Assembly (NCBI RefSeq): GCF_009914755.1
Contig: NC_060929.1
Origin: the human T2T-CHM13v2.0 reference genome, Homo sapiens
DNA: 64,000 bases
Strand: one strand, 5' to 3'
How positions within the stretch are numbered: position 1 is the first letter of the stretch; each line of letters opens with the position of its first letter. The translations under genes were made by a program, and so were the position numbers. The notes below the pieces were generated by a model. That model did not search any database and was not told where the DNA came from. It was given only the letters and a program-made list of their open reading frames with translations. This document shows positions 17,997 to 37,856 of the stretch, one piece after another.

Positions 17997-20900
17997 AGGA
18001 CACCTGGGGACAGAGCCTCACTCACCCTACACGAGACAGGGACACCCAGGGACAGCGCCTCACTCACCCTGCACCTGAGAGGGACACCCGGGGGCCGCAA
18101 CTCACTCACCCTACACGTGACAGGGACACCCGGGGACGGCGCCTCACTCACCCTACACGTGACAGGGACACCCGGGGATGGCGCCTCACTCACCCTACAC
18201 CTGAGAGGGACACCCAGGGACGGCGCCTCACTCACCCTACACGTGACAGAGACACCCGGGGACAGTGCCTCACTCACCCTACACGTGACAGGGACACCCG
18301 GGGACGGGGCCTCACTCACCCTGCACGTGACAGGGACACCCGGGGACGGCGCCTCACTCACCCTACACGTGACAGGGACACCCGGGGACGGCGCCTCACT
18401 CACCCTACACGTGACAGGGACACCCGGGGACGGCGCCTCACTCACCCTACACGTGACAGGGACACCCGGGGACGGCGCCTCACTCACCCTACACGTGACA
18501 GGGACACCCGGGGACGGCGCCTCACTCACCCTGCACGTGACAGGGACACGCGGGGACGGCGCCTCACTCACCCTGCACGTGACAGGGACACCCGGGGGCC
18601 TCGCGTCAATCACCCTGCACGTGACAGGGACACCCGGGGACGGCGCCTCACTCACCCTGCACGTGACAGGGACACCCGGGGACAGTGCCTCATTCACCCT
18701 ACACGTGACAGGGACACCCGGGGACCGCGCCTCACTCACCCTGAACGTGACAGGGACACCCGGGGACAGTGCCTCACTCACCCTGCAAGTGACAGGGACA
18801 CCCGGGGGCCGCGCCTCACTCACCCTGCACGTGACAGGGACACCCGGGGGCCGTGCCTCACTCACCCTGCACGTGACAGGGACACCCGGGGGCCGTGCCT
18901 CACTCACCCTGCACGTGACAGGGACACCCGGGGGCCGCGCCTCACTCACCCTGCACGTGACAGGGACACCCGGGGGCCGCGCCTCACTCACCCTACACGT
19001 GACAGGGACACCCGGGGGCCGCGCCTCACTCACCCTGCACGTGACAGGGACACCCGGGGGCCGCGCCTCACTCACCCTACACGTGACAGGGACACCCGGG
19101 GACAGTGCCTCACTCACCCTACACGTGACAGTGACACCCGGGGACCGCGCCTCACTCACCCTACACGTGACAGGGACACCCGGGGGCCGTGCCTCACTCA
19201 CCCTGAACGTGACAGGGACACCCGGGGACGGCGCCTCACTCACCCTACACGTGACAGGGACACCCGGGGACGGCACCTCACTCACCCTACACGTGACAGG
19301 GACACCCGGGGACGGCGCCTCACTCACCCTGCACGTGACAGGGACACGCGGGGACGGCGCCTCACTCACCCTGCACGTGACAGGGACACCCGGGGGCCTC
19401 GCGTCAATCACCCTGCACGTGACAGGGACACCCGGGGACAGCGCCTCACTCACCCTGCACGTGACAGGGACACCCGGGGACGGTGCCTCACTCACCCTAC
19501 ACGTGACAGGGACACCCGGGGACCGCGCCTCACTCACCCTGAACGTGACAGGGACACCCGGGGACAGTGCCTCACTCACCCTACACGGGACAGGGACACC
19601 CGGGGACCGTGCCTCACTCACCCTGCACGTGACAGGGACACCCGGGGACCGCGCCTCACTCACCCTGCACGTGACAGGGACACCCGGGGACCGCGCCTCA
19701 CTCACCCTGCACGTGACAGGGACACCCGGGGACCGCGCCTCACTCACCCTGCACGTGACAGGGACACCCGGGGGCCGCGCCTCACTCACCCTGCACGTGA
19801 CAGGGACACCCGGGGGCCGCGCCTCACTCACCCTGCACGTGACAGGGACACCCGGGGGCCGTGCCTCACTCACCCTGCACGTGACAGGGACACCCGGGGA
19901 CGGCGCCTCACTCACCCTGCACGTGACAGAGACACCCGGGGACGGCGCCTCACTCACCCTGCACGTGACAGGGACACCCGGGGGCCGCGCCTCACTCACC
20001 CTGCACGTGACAGGGACACCCGGGGACAGTGCCTCACTCACCCTGCACGTGACAGGGACACCCGGGGACCGCGCCTCACTCACCCTGAACGTGACAGGGA
20101 CACCCGGGGACCGCGCCTCACTCACCCTGCACGTGACAGGGACACCCGGGGACCGCGCCTCACTCACCCTGCACGTGACAGGGACACCCGGGGGCCGCGC
20201 CTCACTCACCCTGCACGTGACAGGGACACCCGGGGGCCGCGCCTCACTCACCCTGCACGTGACAGGGACACCCAGGGGCCGTGCCTCACTCACCCTGCAC
20301 GTGACAGGGACACCCGGGGGCCGCGCCTCACTCACCCTGCACGTGACAGGGACACCCGGGGGCCGCGCCTCACTCACCCTGCACGTGACAGGGACACCCG
20401 GGGACGGCGCCTCACTCACCCTGCACGTGACAGGGACACCCGGGGACGGCGCCTCACTCACCCTGCACGGGACAGGGACACCCGGGGACGGCGCCTCACT
20501 CACCCTGCACGTGACAGGGACACCCGGGGACCGCGCCTCACTCACCCTGCACGTGACAGGGACACCCGGGGGCCGCGCCTCACTCACCCTGCACGTGACA
20601 GGGACACCCGGGGGCCGTGCCTCACTCACCCTGCACGTGACAGGGACACCCGGGGACGGCGCCTCACTCACCCTGCACGTGACAGGGACACCCGGGGACG
20701 GCGCCTCACTCACCCTGCACGTGACAGGGACACCCGGGGACGGCGCCTCACTCACCCTGCACGGGACAGGGACACCCGGGGACGGCGCCTCACTCACCCT
20801 GCACGGGACAGGGACACCTGGGGACCGCGCCTCACTCACCCTGCACGGGACAGGGACACCCGGGGACAGTGCCTCACTCACCCTACACGTGACAGGGACA

Positions 20901-21597
20901 CCTGGGGACCGCGCCTCACTCACCCTGCACGTGACAGGGACACCCGGGGACAGTGCCTCACTCACCCTATACCTGGGAGGGACACCCAGGGACGGTGCCT
21001 CACTCACCCTACACGTGACAGGGACACCTGGGGCCGCGCCTCACTCACCCTACACCTGAGAGGGACACCCGGGGACAGCGCCTCACTCACCCTACACCTG
21101 GGAGGGACACCCAGGGACGGTGCCTCACTCACCCTACACGTGACAGGGACACCCGGGGACCGCGCCTCACTCACCCTGCACGTGACAGGGACACCCGGGG
21201 ACAGCGCCTCACTCACCCTGCACGGGACAGGGACACCCGGGGACCACGCCTCACTCACCCTACACGTGACAGGGACACCCGGGGACGGCGCCTCACTCAC
21301 CCTACACCTGAGAGGGACACCCGGGGACAGTGCCTCACTCACCCTACACGTGACAGGGACACCCGGGGACCGCGCCTCACTCACCCTGCACGTGACAGGG
21401 ACACCCGGGGACAGTGCCTCACTCACCCTGCACGGGACAGGGACACCCGGGGGCCACACCTCAATCACGCTGCACGGGACAGGGACACCCGGGGGCCGCG
21501 CCTCACTCACCCTACACGTGACAGGGACACCTGGGGGCAACGCCTCACTCACCCTGCACGTGACAGGGACACCCGGGGACCACGCCTCACTCCCTGC
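17997..21597. repeat. TERT intron 2 minisatellite VNTR2-1, 42-bp unit, ~86 copies, most with a CACGTG E-box
   Basis: Tandem gggacacccggggacggcgcctcactcaccct(a/g)cacgtgaca; one 41-bp unit at 21001-21041. Confidence 0.97.
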
Positions 21598-21798
21598 ATA
21601 AGCCAGGGGCAGATTGTGACCTCATCTGAAGTCAGAGAACAGCAATGACAGGCAGAGTCCTGATCAGAGAACTCAAACTCTCCTCAACGAAGGAAGCTGG
21701 AGCACAAAAAGCAAAACTGGGTTGCATGACGCTTATCTGACTCGGCGTGGTCCACCTGAGCCGCAGCAGGTGTGAGGCAGCTGCCGTTCGATGGGTAG

Positions 21799-22635
<837 letters not shown>

Positions 22636-22973
22636 TAAATCTTAAACACAAACCTGCATATTGGCTGACCACGTGCACCTGCAAAACCCTTACCTCCCAC
22701 CCCCAGGAAGAGGGGGTTCTCGTCCCCACCTCTCATTCCCACCCTTGAAATTGCGAAGAGGATTATAGGTAACCTGCAGGCACCCTCGCCAGAGCGTCTG
22801 TGCTTCCAGACACTTCTCCCCATTGCCGGCAACCCGGCTCCACTGCCGCGCCCAGCCTCCTCTGTTCACTGCTCTGGCCTCGGCGCCTGGAAACCGCGTG
22901 TCCATCAAAACGTGAAGGTGAACCTCGTAAGTTTATGCAAACTGGACAGGAGGGAGAGCAGAGGCAGAGATCA

Positions 22974-26590
<3,617 letters not shown>

Positions 26591-26661
26591 AACACCACAA
26601 CACTTGAGTGGGGTGAGCTTCCTACCTCAGACCCAGATGTTTCTAAACAGAGTAAATTCTG

Positions 26662-27092
<431 letters not shown>

Positions 27093-27455
27093 TCAATCCC
27101 AGTAGAGTAGGAGGGATGGACTTTAATTTCTACATGTTTCAGCACACACTGAGACATTGAGATTCAGGACAGTGTCCACACTCGCGCCCTGATTCTACAT
27201 CAGGTTTCTACTGGCAGATGGCAACCCCACTGGGACCTGAAGCCTGCAGCCTCCCAGCTGCCCCTGCAGTGGGTCCCATGGGATAACAGGTGGTCACAGA
27301 AACTGTGAATATGTCAAGAGACGGTGTATCCCCAGTCTACGAAGAATTACAGAAAATATCAAAGGAGGGTAACTCCTGAGTAAAGGGGAAATTGAACTCC
27401 ATGAACTCCTTACCAGTGGGTGTGACTTGAGCCCAGGGAAGTTTTAAAATGGTTA

Positions 27456-27914
<459 letters not shown>

Positions 27915-28885
27915 TCATGCTAGAAGGGCAGCGCGAGTGCCCTCCTATGGCACGGAGGCCGGAGGTCCACGATGGGCCCTGGTGGGCTAAGGGCCAGCCG
28001 TGCCTTCCTGCTGCAGGCTCCGTGGAGGGTCCCTTCCCCGCTTTTTCCAGCTTCTGGAGGCGCTTGCAGGCCTGGGCTCGAGGCCCTCCCTCCCTTTTCA
28101 GCCTCAGACTGACTGCCTCCATCGTCCTGAGGCTGCCCCCCTCTGACCCTCCTGCCCGCCTCTTCCCAGAACCCCTGGATTACTTTTCGGGCCTGCAGGT
28201 AGTCCCGAAGGATCCCAGACCTCAGGGTCCTCACGGAGATCACACCTGCAAAGGCCCTGGGGCCGGGCGGGTTCTGTCCACAGGTTTGGGGGAATCAGGA
28301 CGTGGGCATCTCTAGAGCATTATCCTGCCCAGGACACTCGGGCATGGCAAAGATGGCACAGCCTCCGGGTTCCCCCATCCCCACTCCCCTATGGTTAGTC
28401 TCCCATAACTGAGCCAATACCATCAGAACCAGGAAACTGGCTTTAGTAAAAGGTGCGTGCAGTAGCCCCCAGCTGCCGCCCCCACCGTCCTTAACCCCCC
28501 TAACCACTCCCCTGCCATGGGGTGAAATTCTTTCTTTTTGAGCATGTTGCGTACGTATCCCATGGAGGTGGCAGTTTTGACTCAGCGTAATTCCCTTGAG
28601 ATGCCTGCAGGCTTTATAAACGGCATGTTCCTCTTCACTGTGAGGAACTGTCCACCGTGCGGATGGACCCGTTTGTTTAACCAGTTTGTTAAAGGACATT
28701 TTAGCAGGGATTTCCCTGCTTTGTAGCTATTAAAATAAAACAGCGGGGGTCGGTCGTGGACGGGAGTGTGTACATGATGTGCGTAGTCACGTGAATTCCC
28801 AGGGCTGTGGGGCAAATGTCCAGGGGTGCCAATGCTGGGTCTTTTGGGAAGAGGATGCTTAGTGCTTGTGGAAACTGCCACTCTG

Positions 28886-29150
28886 TGTTCCAGAGGGAGG
28901 GGGGCAGAAAAGTGCTGGGCAGAGAAGGGCGGGTCCCTGGCGGGGGCTCCATCCCCAGGCCTGTGCCCGTGGACCTAGGTGAGGACAGGCACTCCTACTT
29001 TCACACCCAAATGTTGCATTTCCCAAGAGCGCCCTGGCCCACCACGCCCCCGTCCTATGCCTATAAAAACCCCCAGACCCTAGCGGGCAGAGACACACGC
29101 AGCTGGACGTGGAAAGGAGCACAGAAACAGAAGAACACACCGGCAGGCCC
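28886..29150 (+). mobile_element. ERV1 LTR fragment (LTR1-like), U3 with TATA box
   Basis: ggacctaggtgaggacaggca, cccaaatgttgcatttcccaaga and cctataaaaaccc match the remembered LTR1-family consensus. Confidence 0.65.
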
Positions 29151-31511
29151 CGGCAGATGACAGGAGACGGGGAGCGCCTGGAAATGGAGGTCAGCGTGCA
29201 GCCGGACGCCAGGAACCTGCATCGGGGGCCACGAGCCAGGTTCAGGCTCAGAGGAGCCAGTCTGGGAGGCGCAGAATCTCCTCCCTTCAACGCATGTGAG
29301 TGTTGGGGAAGGAGACAGACACCCCATGTGAGGAGGAACCGTGCGAGCTACGTCGCTGAGACAAGACACAGTGGGACAGGTGAGACAGTAGCGCTGGAAC
29401 ACGGCCCACCCAGGGTTTAGGAAGCTGCTGGAGAAGCTGAGGCCTGGAGGTGGAGGGTGTGGAGACAGGGCTGGCCTCAGTGTGGCACCCCAGGCTGAGT
29501 CTCCAGGGCAGATGGCGCCCTCGGGAAGCAGCAACCAGGCCCTAGAATCTGGGGGAGTGCCTGCCAGGGTCTACTAGTCTAGAGGAACAGACTGTTCAGC
29601 CGCTGTTGTCACCCCAGCCTGGTGGCTGAAAGCAGCCTCATCTCTCCTGGACTCTTAATATATCAGGGGTGTGGGCCGTGCTCTGTGGGCCTAGTAAAAG
29701 AGTGGTGTTTGTACTGAGTGTTGTCATGGCTTGTCACACCCGAAGAAGTTGCTGGAATCATTCAATCCTTGGGGGTGAAGATGAATAATGATGGAAGGAA
29801 CGGTCCCCATCAGCAGAGTCGTGTAATTTACATGGCCATTTCCTGCACACCACTTCATTACCCTTGACCCACCCAGGGAAGCAGGCAGGCAAGGGTCATG
29901 TTCGTTTCCACGGGTTCAGAGCTCCGTGACTTCCTGGGTTAGTGTGGGTGGGCCCAGGAAGCCGGTATGGGGTCCTGAGTCACACGCAGCGTGGCCGCCT
30001 TCGCGTTGCCCAATGTGGCAGCTCCCAGGGAGGACGGTCAGTGGTCCTGCTGTCAGCCTCAGCCTCCCAGGCCGGGGACTCTCTCCCCGGTGGCCTTGCC
30101 GTGCTCATAGCCCTGCCGCCCAGTCCTCTCCTCGTGTACTTTCCCTTGCACCCTAAGCCACCTTATGAAAACCAATAAAAAGTACTTAGGGCGAAAAATC
30201 CCTCTGAACATGGTTATTAAGTCCTTGGACCTTGGCAAACATAGCTCAGTTCCTGTTTTACGCCTTTGGATTTCTGCACTCCTGAATGTTATTTGATGAA
30301 ATTTAAGAAAATATTAAGATAAAATCCAAATCCATTCGGATGTGGAAAGGTTGAATTTACTCATGGAATTAAGTCTTTGAATCCCGCCGTCGCTGTCCGC
30401 CCCCAGCCACATCCCAGTTTGTTATTAAGCCAGGCTCAGACTCCTCTCTCCAGGGCGGGGGTCTGTGGAGCCCTTTGCAAGAGGGTCCTCAGCACGGGCT
30501 CGGAGAAGCTCCACGGGGGTCACTCTGTCCCGATCAGAAACCGCGAGGGCAAGAGAGGGAGAGAGGAAAGAGGTAAATGACCGCAGAGCGGGCGTCTGGT
30601 TTTCCCTTGAGAAGGGTGCTTCCATGACTTTCTGTTTTAAAGAAGGCACCTAACTCAAGCTTCCCTCAGAATACACCTTGGTCACTGCTTCAGGTGAAAA
30701 AAAGATTTAAGCCATACTTCGAGGTGCCTTGACTCCTCTCCCTCTGGCACACGCCCGGGTGGGCGCCATAGCTGCTGGCCTGGGTTTGAGCAGGAGGCTT
30801 CTGACTCCTTGCATTCCCGCTGGCCGCCTTTTCCAGATGGTATCCAGAGCAATCTTTGCAAAGCGTAAATAAGGGCACTTCATGCGCTGCTCACCAACGA
30901 GGCAGGCTTCTCATCGCCCCTTCCCATCCGAGCTTTCCTGTCCTCGGGTCATCAGGCCTCTGCCTTGCACCTGGGTCTTGGCCAGAGACCCTTGAAGATT
31001 GAAGTGGCTCAGGTCCACAGAGCCACCTGCTTCCTGCCAGGTACTCTAATTCTTCTGGAGGAAATCACCACCATTTTTCGTTTCAGGATTCATACAGATT
31101 AAGTTTAACCAAACACGAACACACAATCGAAAATCTCCAAGCACACAAGAAAAAAAGCACCGTGAATGAGAGGACGGTGTGATCAGACGTGCCAATTCTG
31201 CAGCTCGATTTTAGAGATATCTGTAATTATTGGTAATTAATAGAGATTACCTTTCACCATTATTAGCAGTTGTTTTAGGGCTTATAGAATGCCTCTTTAA
31301 CTTCTCCCAGCCTGTCTTTGGTTAAAATTAAGTCACTTACAGAGAGTATGAGCGTCTAACAACAGTAACTTCCACTGTTCCCTCCTCACATTTCTGCCAT
31401 CGTGGCCATAACTTTTACTTCTTCAGAAGCTAGAAACCCCACATACATTGTTCTTATTTTAGATTAAGTGGTTAATTACCTTTTATAATTGTTTTAATTT
31501 TTAACTTCTAA

Positions 31512-31863
<352 letters not shown>

Positions 31864-34041
31864 ATTAAAATTTTAATTTTTAATATAGTAGGGTTTATAT
31901 CTATAGCATACATGAGATATTTTGATACAGGCATACAATGTGTAATAATCACATCAGGGTAAATGGGGTATCTGTCACCTTCAAGCATTTATCCTTTCTT
32001 TGTGTTACAAACAACCCAATTATACTCTTTTAGTTATTTTAAAACATACAATAAATTATTGTTGACTCTAGTCACCCTGTCCCCCACCCCTCTAGAACCA
32101 CCATTCTCCTCTATTTCTATGTCAATTGTTTTAATTTTTGCTCCCACAAGTAAGGGAGAACATGAAAAGTTTGTCTTTCTGTGCCTGGCTTATTTCACTT
32201 AACATACTGACCAGTGCCCCCCATGCTGTTGCAACTGACAGGATCTCATTCTTTTTTATGGCTGCGTAGTACTCCATTGTGTATGTGCACCACATTTTCT
32301 TTTTCCATTCGTCTGTTGATGGACACTGAGGTTGCTTCCAAACCTTGGCTGCTATGAACAGTGCTGCAGTAAATGTGGGAGTGGAGATAGCTTGTTGATA
32401 CACTGATTCCCTTTTTTGGAGTATATACCTAGCAATGGGATTGCTGTATGGTAGCTTTATTTTTAGTTTTTTGAGGAACTTTCAAACTGTTCTCCATAGT
32501 GGTAGCAATTTCCATTCCCACCAACAGTGTCCAAGGGTTTCCTTTTATCCACATCCTCACTGGCATTTGTTATTGCCTGTCTTTTGAATAAAAGCCATTT
32601 TAACTGGGGTGAGATGATCTCTCATAGTAGTTTTGATTTGCATTTCTCTGATGATCAGTGGTGTTGAGCACATTTTCAGATGCCTGTTTGCCATTTGTAT
32701 GACTTATTTTGAGAAATGTCTACCCAGATCTTTTGCTTATTTTTGAAAATCAGCTTATTAGGTGTTTTTCTTATAGAGTAGTTTGAGCTCCTTATATATA
32801 CTGGTTATTAATTCCTTGTTAGATGAATAGTTTGCAAATATATTCTCCCATTCTGTGGGTTGTCTCTTCTCTTTGTTGATTGTTTCCTTTGCTGGGCAGA
32901 AGCTTTTTAACTTGATATGATCCCATTTGTCTGTTTTTGCTTTGGTTGCCTGTGCCTGCAGGGAATTACTCAAGAAGTCTTTGCCCACTCCAATGTCCTG
33001 GAGAGTTTCTCCGGTGTTTTCTTTTAGTAGTTGCAAAGTTTGAGGTTTTAGATTTAAGCCTTTCATCCATTTTGATTTGCTTTTGTATATGGTGAGAGAC
33101 AGAGTTCTAGTATTGTTATTTTGCATATGGATATCCAGTTCCTCCAGCACCATTTATTGAAGAGATTATCTTTTCCCCAAAGTATGTTCTTGGCACCTTT
33201 GTCAAAAATGAGTTCACTGTAGATGCATGGATTTGTTTCTGGATTCTCTATTCTGTTCCTCTGGTCCATGTCTCATCTGTTTTTATGCCAGTACCATGTA
33301 GTTTGGGTTACTATAGCTTTGTAGTATAATTTGAAGTCAGGTAATGTGATGCTTCCAGTTTTGTTCTTTTTGGTCAGGATAGCTTTGGCTATTCTGGGTC
33401 TTTTGTGGTTCTGTACAAATCTTAGAATTGTTTCTTCTATTTCTGTGAAGAACGTCATTAGTATTTTAATAGGGATTGCATTGAATTTGTAAATTGCTTT
33501 GGGTAGTATGGACATTTTAACAGTATTTATTCTTCCAATCTATGAACATGGAATATCTTTTCTTTTTTTGTGCCCTCTTCAATTTCTTTTATCAATATTT
33601 TATAGTTTTCATTGTAGAGATCTTTCACTTCTTTGGTTAATTCCTAGCTGTTTAATTTTATTTGTAGCTGCTTTTTTGGTTTCTTTTTCAGATTGTTTGC
33701 TGTTGGAATATAGAAATACTACTGATTTTTGTACATTGATTTTGTATCCTGCTGTACCAAATTTCAGCTCTAATAGTTTTTTAGTGGTGTCTTAAGTCTT
33801 TTCCAGATATAAGATCATATCATCTGCAAACAGGATAATTTGACTTCTTCCTTTCCAGTTTGGATGCCTTTTATTTCTTTCTCTTATCTGATTGCTCTAG
33901 CTAGGACTTCTAGTACTATGTTGAATCACAGTGGTGAAAGTGGGCCCTTGTCATTTTCCAGATCTTAGAGGAAAGGCTTTCAGTTTTTCCTCATAATACT
34001 ACCTCGGTCTGTCATATAGGGCTTTTATTATGTTGAAATAT

Positions 34042-34441
34042 GTTTCTTCTTCTTCCTCTTTCCCTTCCCCTTCCCCTTCCACTTCTCCTCCACCTCCTCC
34101 TTCTCCTCCTCCTCCCTTCTCCCTCCCTTCTCCCTTCTCCTTCTCCTTCTTCTTATTCAGTGGGGTCTTGTTCTGTTGTCTAGGCTGGAGTACAGTGACA
34201 TGTTCATGGCTCACTGCAGCCTCGACCTCCTAGGCTTAAGTGATTCTCCCACCTCAGCCTCCAGACTAGCTGGGACTACAGGCATATGCCATCATGCCTG
34301 GCTAATTTTTTAAAAAAGTTTTTTGTAGACCAGGTCTCATTTTGTTGCCCAGGCTAGTCTCAAACTCCTGGGCCCAAGCAATCATCCCACCTTGGCCTCC
34401 CAGAGTGCTGGGATCGCAGGTGTGAGCCACTGTGCCTGGCC
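34042..34441 (-). mobile_element. AluJ-like with expanded CT/GA-rich tail (34042-34152)
   Basis: Reverse diverged Alu preceded by a polypyrimidine tract. Confidence 0.88.
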
Positions 34442-35383
34442 TGTATGTTTCTTGTATACCTGGTTTTTTGAGGGTTTTTATCATGAAGGGTGCAGAATTT
34501 TATCAAATGCTTTTTCTGCATAAAGTGAAATAATCATATAGTTTTTGTACTTCATTTTGTTGGGATGATGTATCACATTGATTGATTTGCATATGTTGAA
34601 CCATCCTTCCATCCCTGGAATAAATCCCACTTGATCACAATGAATGATCTTTCGAAGGTGTTGTTTAATTTGGTTTGCTAGTGTTTTGTTGAGGATTTTT
34701 GTATCAGTATTCATCAGGGATATTGGCCTGTAGTTTTCTTTCTTTCTGTTTTTTTGTTTGTTTGTTTTTGATGTGTTTTTGTCTGGTTTTGGAATCAGGG
34801 TAATACTGGCCATGTAGAATGAGTTTGGAAGTATTCTTTCCTCTATTTTTCAGAATAGTTTGAGTAGGATTGGAATTCATTCTTCTTTAAATGATTGGTA
34901 AAATCCAGCAGGGAAGCCATTGGGTCCTGGGCTTCTCTTTGCTAGGAGACTTTTTATTATGGCTTTAATCCCATTATTGTTATTGGTCTGTTTGGGCTTT
35001 GGATTTCTTCATGGTTCAATCTTGGTAGGTTGTATGCATCTAGGAATTTATCTATTTTTTCTAGGTTTTTCAATTTATTAGTGTACAGTTGCTCATAGTA
35101 GCCTCTAGTGATCCTTTGAATTTCTGTGGTATCAGTTGTAATGTCTCTTTTTTCATCTCTGACTTTATTTATTTAGGTCTTCTTTCCTTTTTTCTTAGTC
35201 TGGGCAAAGGTTTGTCAATTTTGTTTATCTTTTCAAAAAACCAACTTTTAATTTTGTTGATCTTTTGTATTGTTATCTTTCAGTTTCATTTATTTCTGCT
35301 CTGATCTTTATTATTTCTTTTCTTTTACCAATTTTAGGTTTAGTTTGCTCTTGCTTTTCTAGTTCTTTAAGGTGCATCATTAG

Positions 35384-35749
<366 letters not shown>

Positions 35750-35976
35750 TAGCACTGCTTTTGCTGTATACCGTGGGTTTTGAGAGGTTATGTTTCCGTT
35801 ATCATTTGCTTAAATAAATTTTTCAATTTCCTTTTTAATTTCTTCATTGACTCACTGGTTATTCAGAAGTATATTGTTTAATTTTCATGTGTTTGTATAG
35901 TTTTCAAAATTCCTCTTGTTGTTGATTTCTGGTTTTGTTCCACTGTGGCCAGAGAAGATGCTTTATATTATTTCAA

Positions 35977-36277
35977 TTTTTTTTTTTTTTTTTGAGACAG
36001 GGTCTCATTCTGTCACCAAGGCTGGTGTGTGGTGTTGCAATCATGGCTCACCGTAGCCTTGAACTCTTGGGCTCAAGTGATCCTCCCACTTCAGCCTCCT
36101 AAGTAGCTGGGACTACAGGCACACACCACTATGCCTGGCTAATTAAAAAAAAAAGTTTGTAGAGACAGGGTCTCACTATTTTGCCCAGGCTGGTCTCAAA
36201 CTCCTGTACTCAAGAGATCCTCCCACCTCACCCTCCCCAAAGTGCTGTAATTACAAGCATAAGCCATCATGCCTGGC
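35977..36277 (-). mobile_element. AluJ-like
   Basis: Reverse diverged Alu with poly-T; tcaattttt on both sides. Confidence 0.9.
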
Positions 36278-37125
36278 TCAATTTTTTTGAATTTTTAATG
36301 GCTTGTTCTGTGGCCTAATATATGGTCTATCCTTGAGAATGATCCATATGCTGAGGAAAAAATGCATATTCTGCAACTACTGGATGAAATGTCTTGTAAA
36401 CATCAATTAGGTACATTTGTTCTATATTATAGATTAAGTCCAATTTTTTGGTTGATTTTCTGTCTGGATGATCTGTCCAATGCTAAAAGCGGGGTGAAGT
36501 CTCCAGCTATTATTGTATGGGGATCTCTCTCTCTCCTTAGTTCTAATAATATTTGCTGTATATATCTGGGTGTCCCAGTGTTGGGCGCATATAAATTCAC
36601 AATTGTTATATCTTTTTGCTTTATTATTATATAATTACTTTGTCTCTTTTTGTACTTTTTGTCTTGAAATCTATTTTGTCTGATATAAGTGTAGCTAGTT
36701 CTGTTCTTTTTTTGGTTTCCATTTGCATAGAATATTTTTCCTTCCTTTTATTTTCAGTCTATGTGTCCCTTTATAGGTGAAGTATATTCTTGTAGGCAAC
36801 AGATTATTGAGTCTTGTTTTTTTCGTCCATTCAGCCACTCTATGTCTTTTGATTGGAGAGTTTAGTCCATTTACACCCAGCATTATTATTGATAAGTCAG
36901 GAATTACTCCTGCTGTTTTGTTGTTTGTTTTCTGGTTGTTTCATGGTCTTCTCTTCCTTCTTTCTTTCCTTCCTGTGTTCCTTTTAGTGAAGGTAATTTC
37001 TTCTGGTGGCATGATTTAATTTATTGGTTTTTATTTTTGGTGTATCTGTTATATGTTTTTTTATTTGAGGTTACCATGAGACTTATATGTGCCATGAGAT
37101 TTGGAAAGGTGCCCAGCCAAAAGTT

Positions 37126-37856
37126 TTTTTATATATTTATATATATATGTATATACGTATATACATTTATATATATACGTATATACGTATATACATTTAT
37201 ATATATACGTATATACGTATATACATTTATATATATACGTATATACGTATATACATGTATATACGTATATACGTATATACATGTATATACGTATATACGT
37301 ATATACATGTATATACGTACGTATATACATGTATATACGTATATACGTATATACATGTATATACGTATATATGTTTATATATGTATATATTTGTATATAC
37401 TTGTATATTTATATATTTATATATGTATATATATTTATATATGTATATTTATATATGTATATATTTATATATGTATATTTATATATGTATATTTATATAT
37501 GTGTATATATATTTATATATGTATATGTATATTTATATATGTATATATGTATATTTATATATGTATATATTTATATATGTATATTTATATATGTATATAT
37601 TTATATATGTATATTTATATATGTATTTATATATGTATATTTATATATGTATATATTTATATATGTATATTTATATATGTATTTATATATGTATATTTAT
37701 ATATGTATATATTTATATATGTAAATATATTATATATGTATATATATGTATATAGATTTATATATGTGTATATATGTATATATGTATATAGATTTATATA
37801 TGTGTATATATATTTATATATGTATATATATGTGCATATATATTTATGTATATGTA

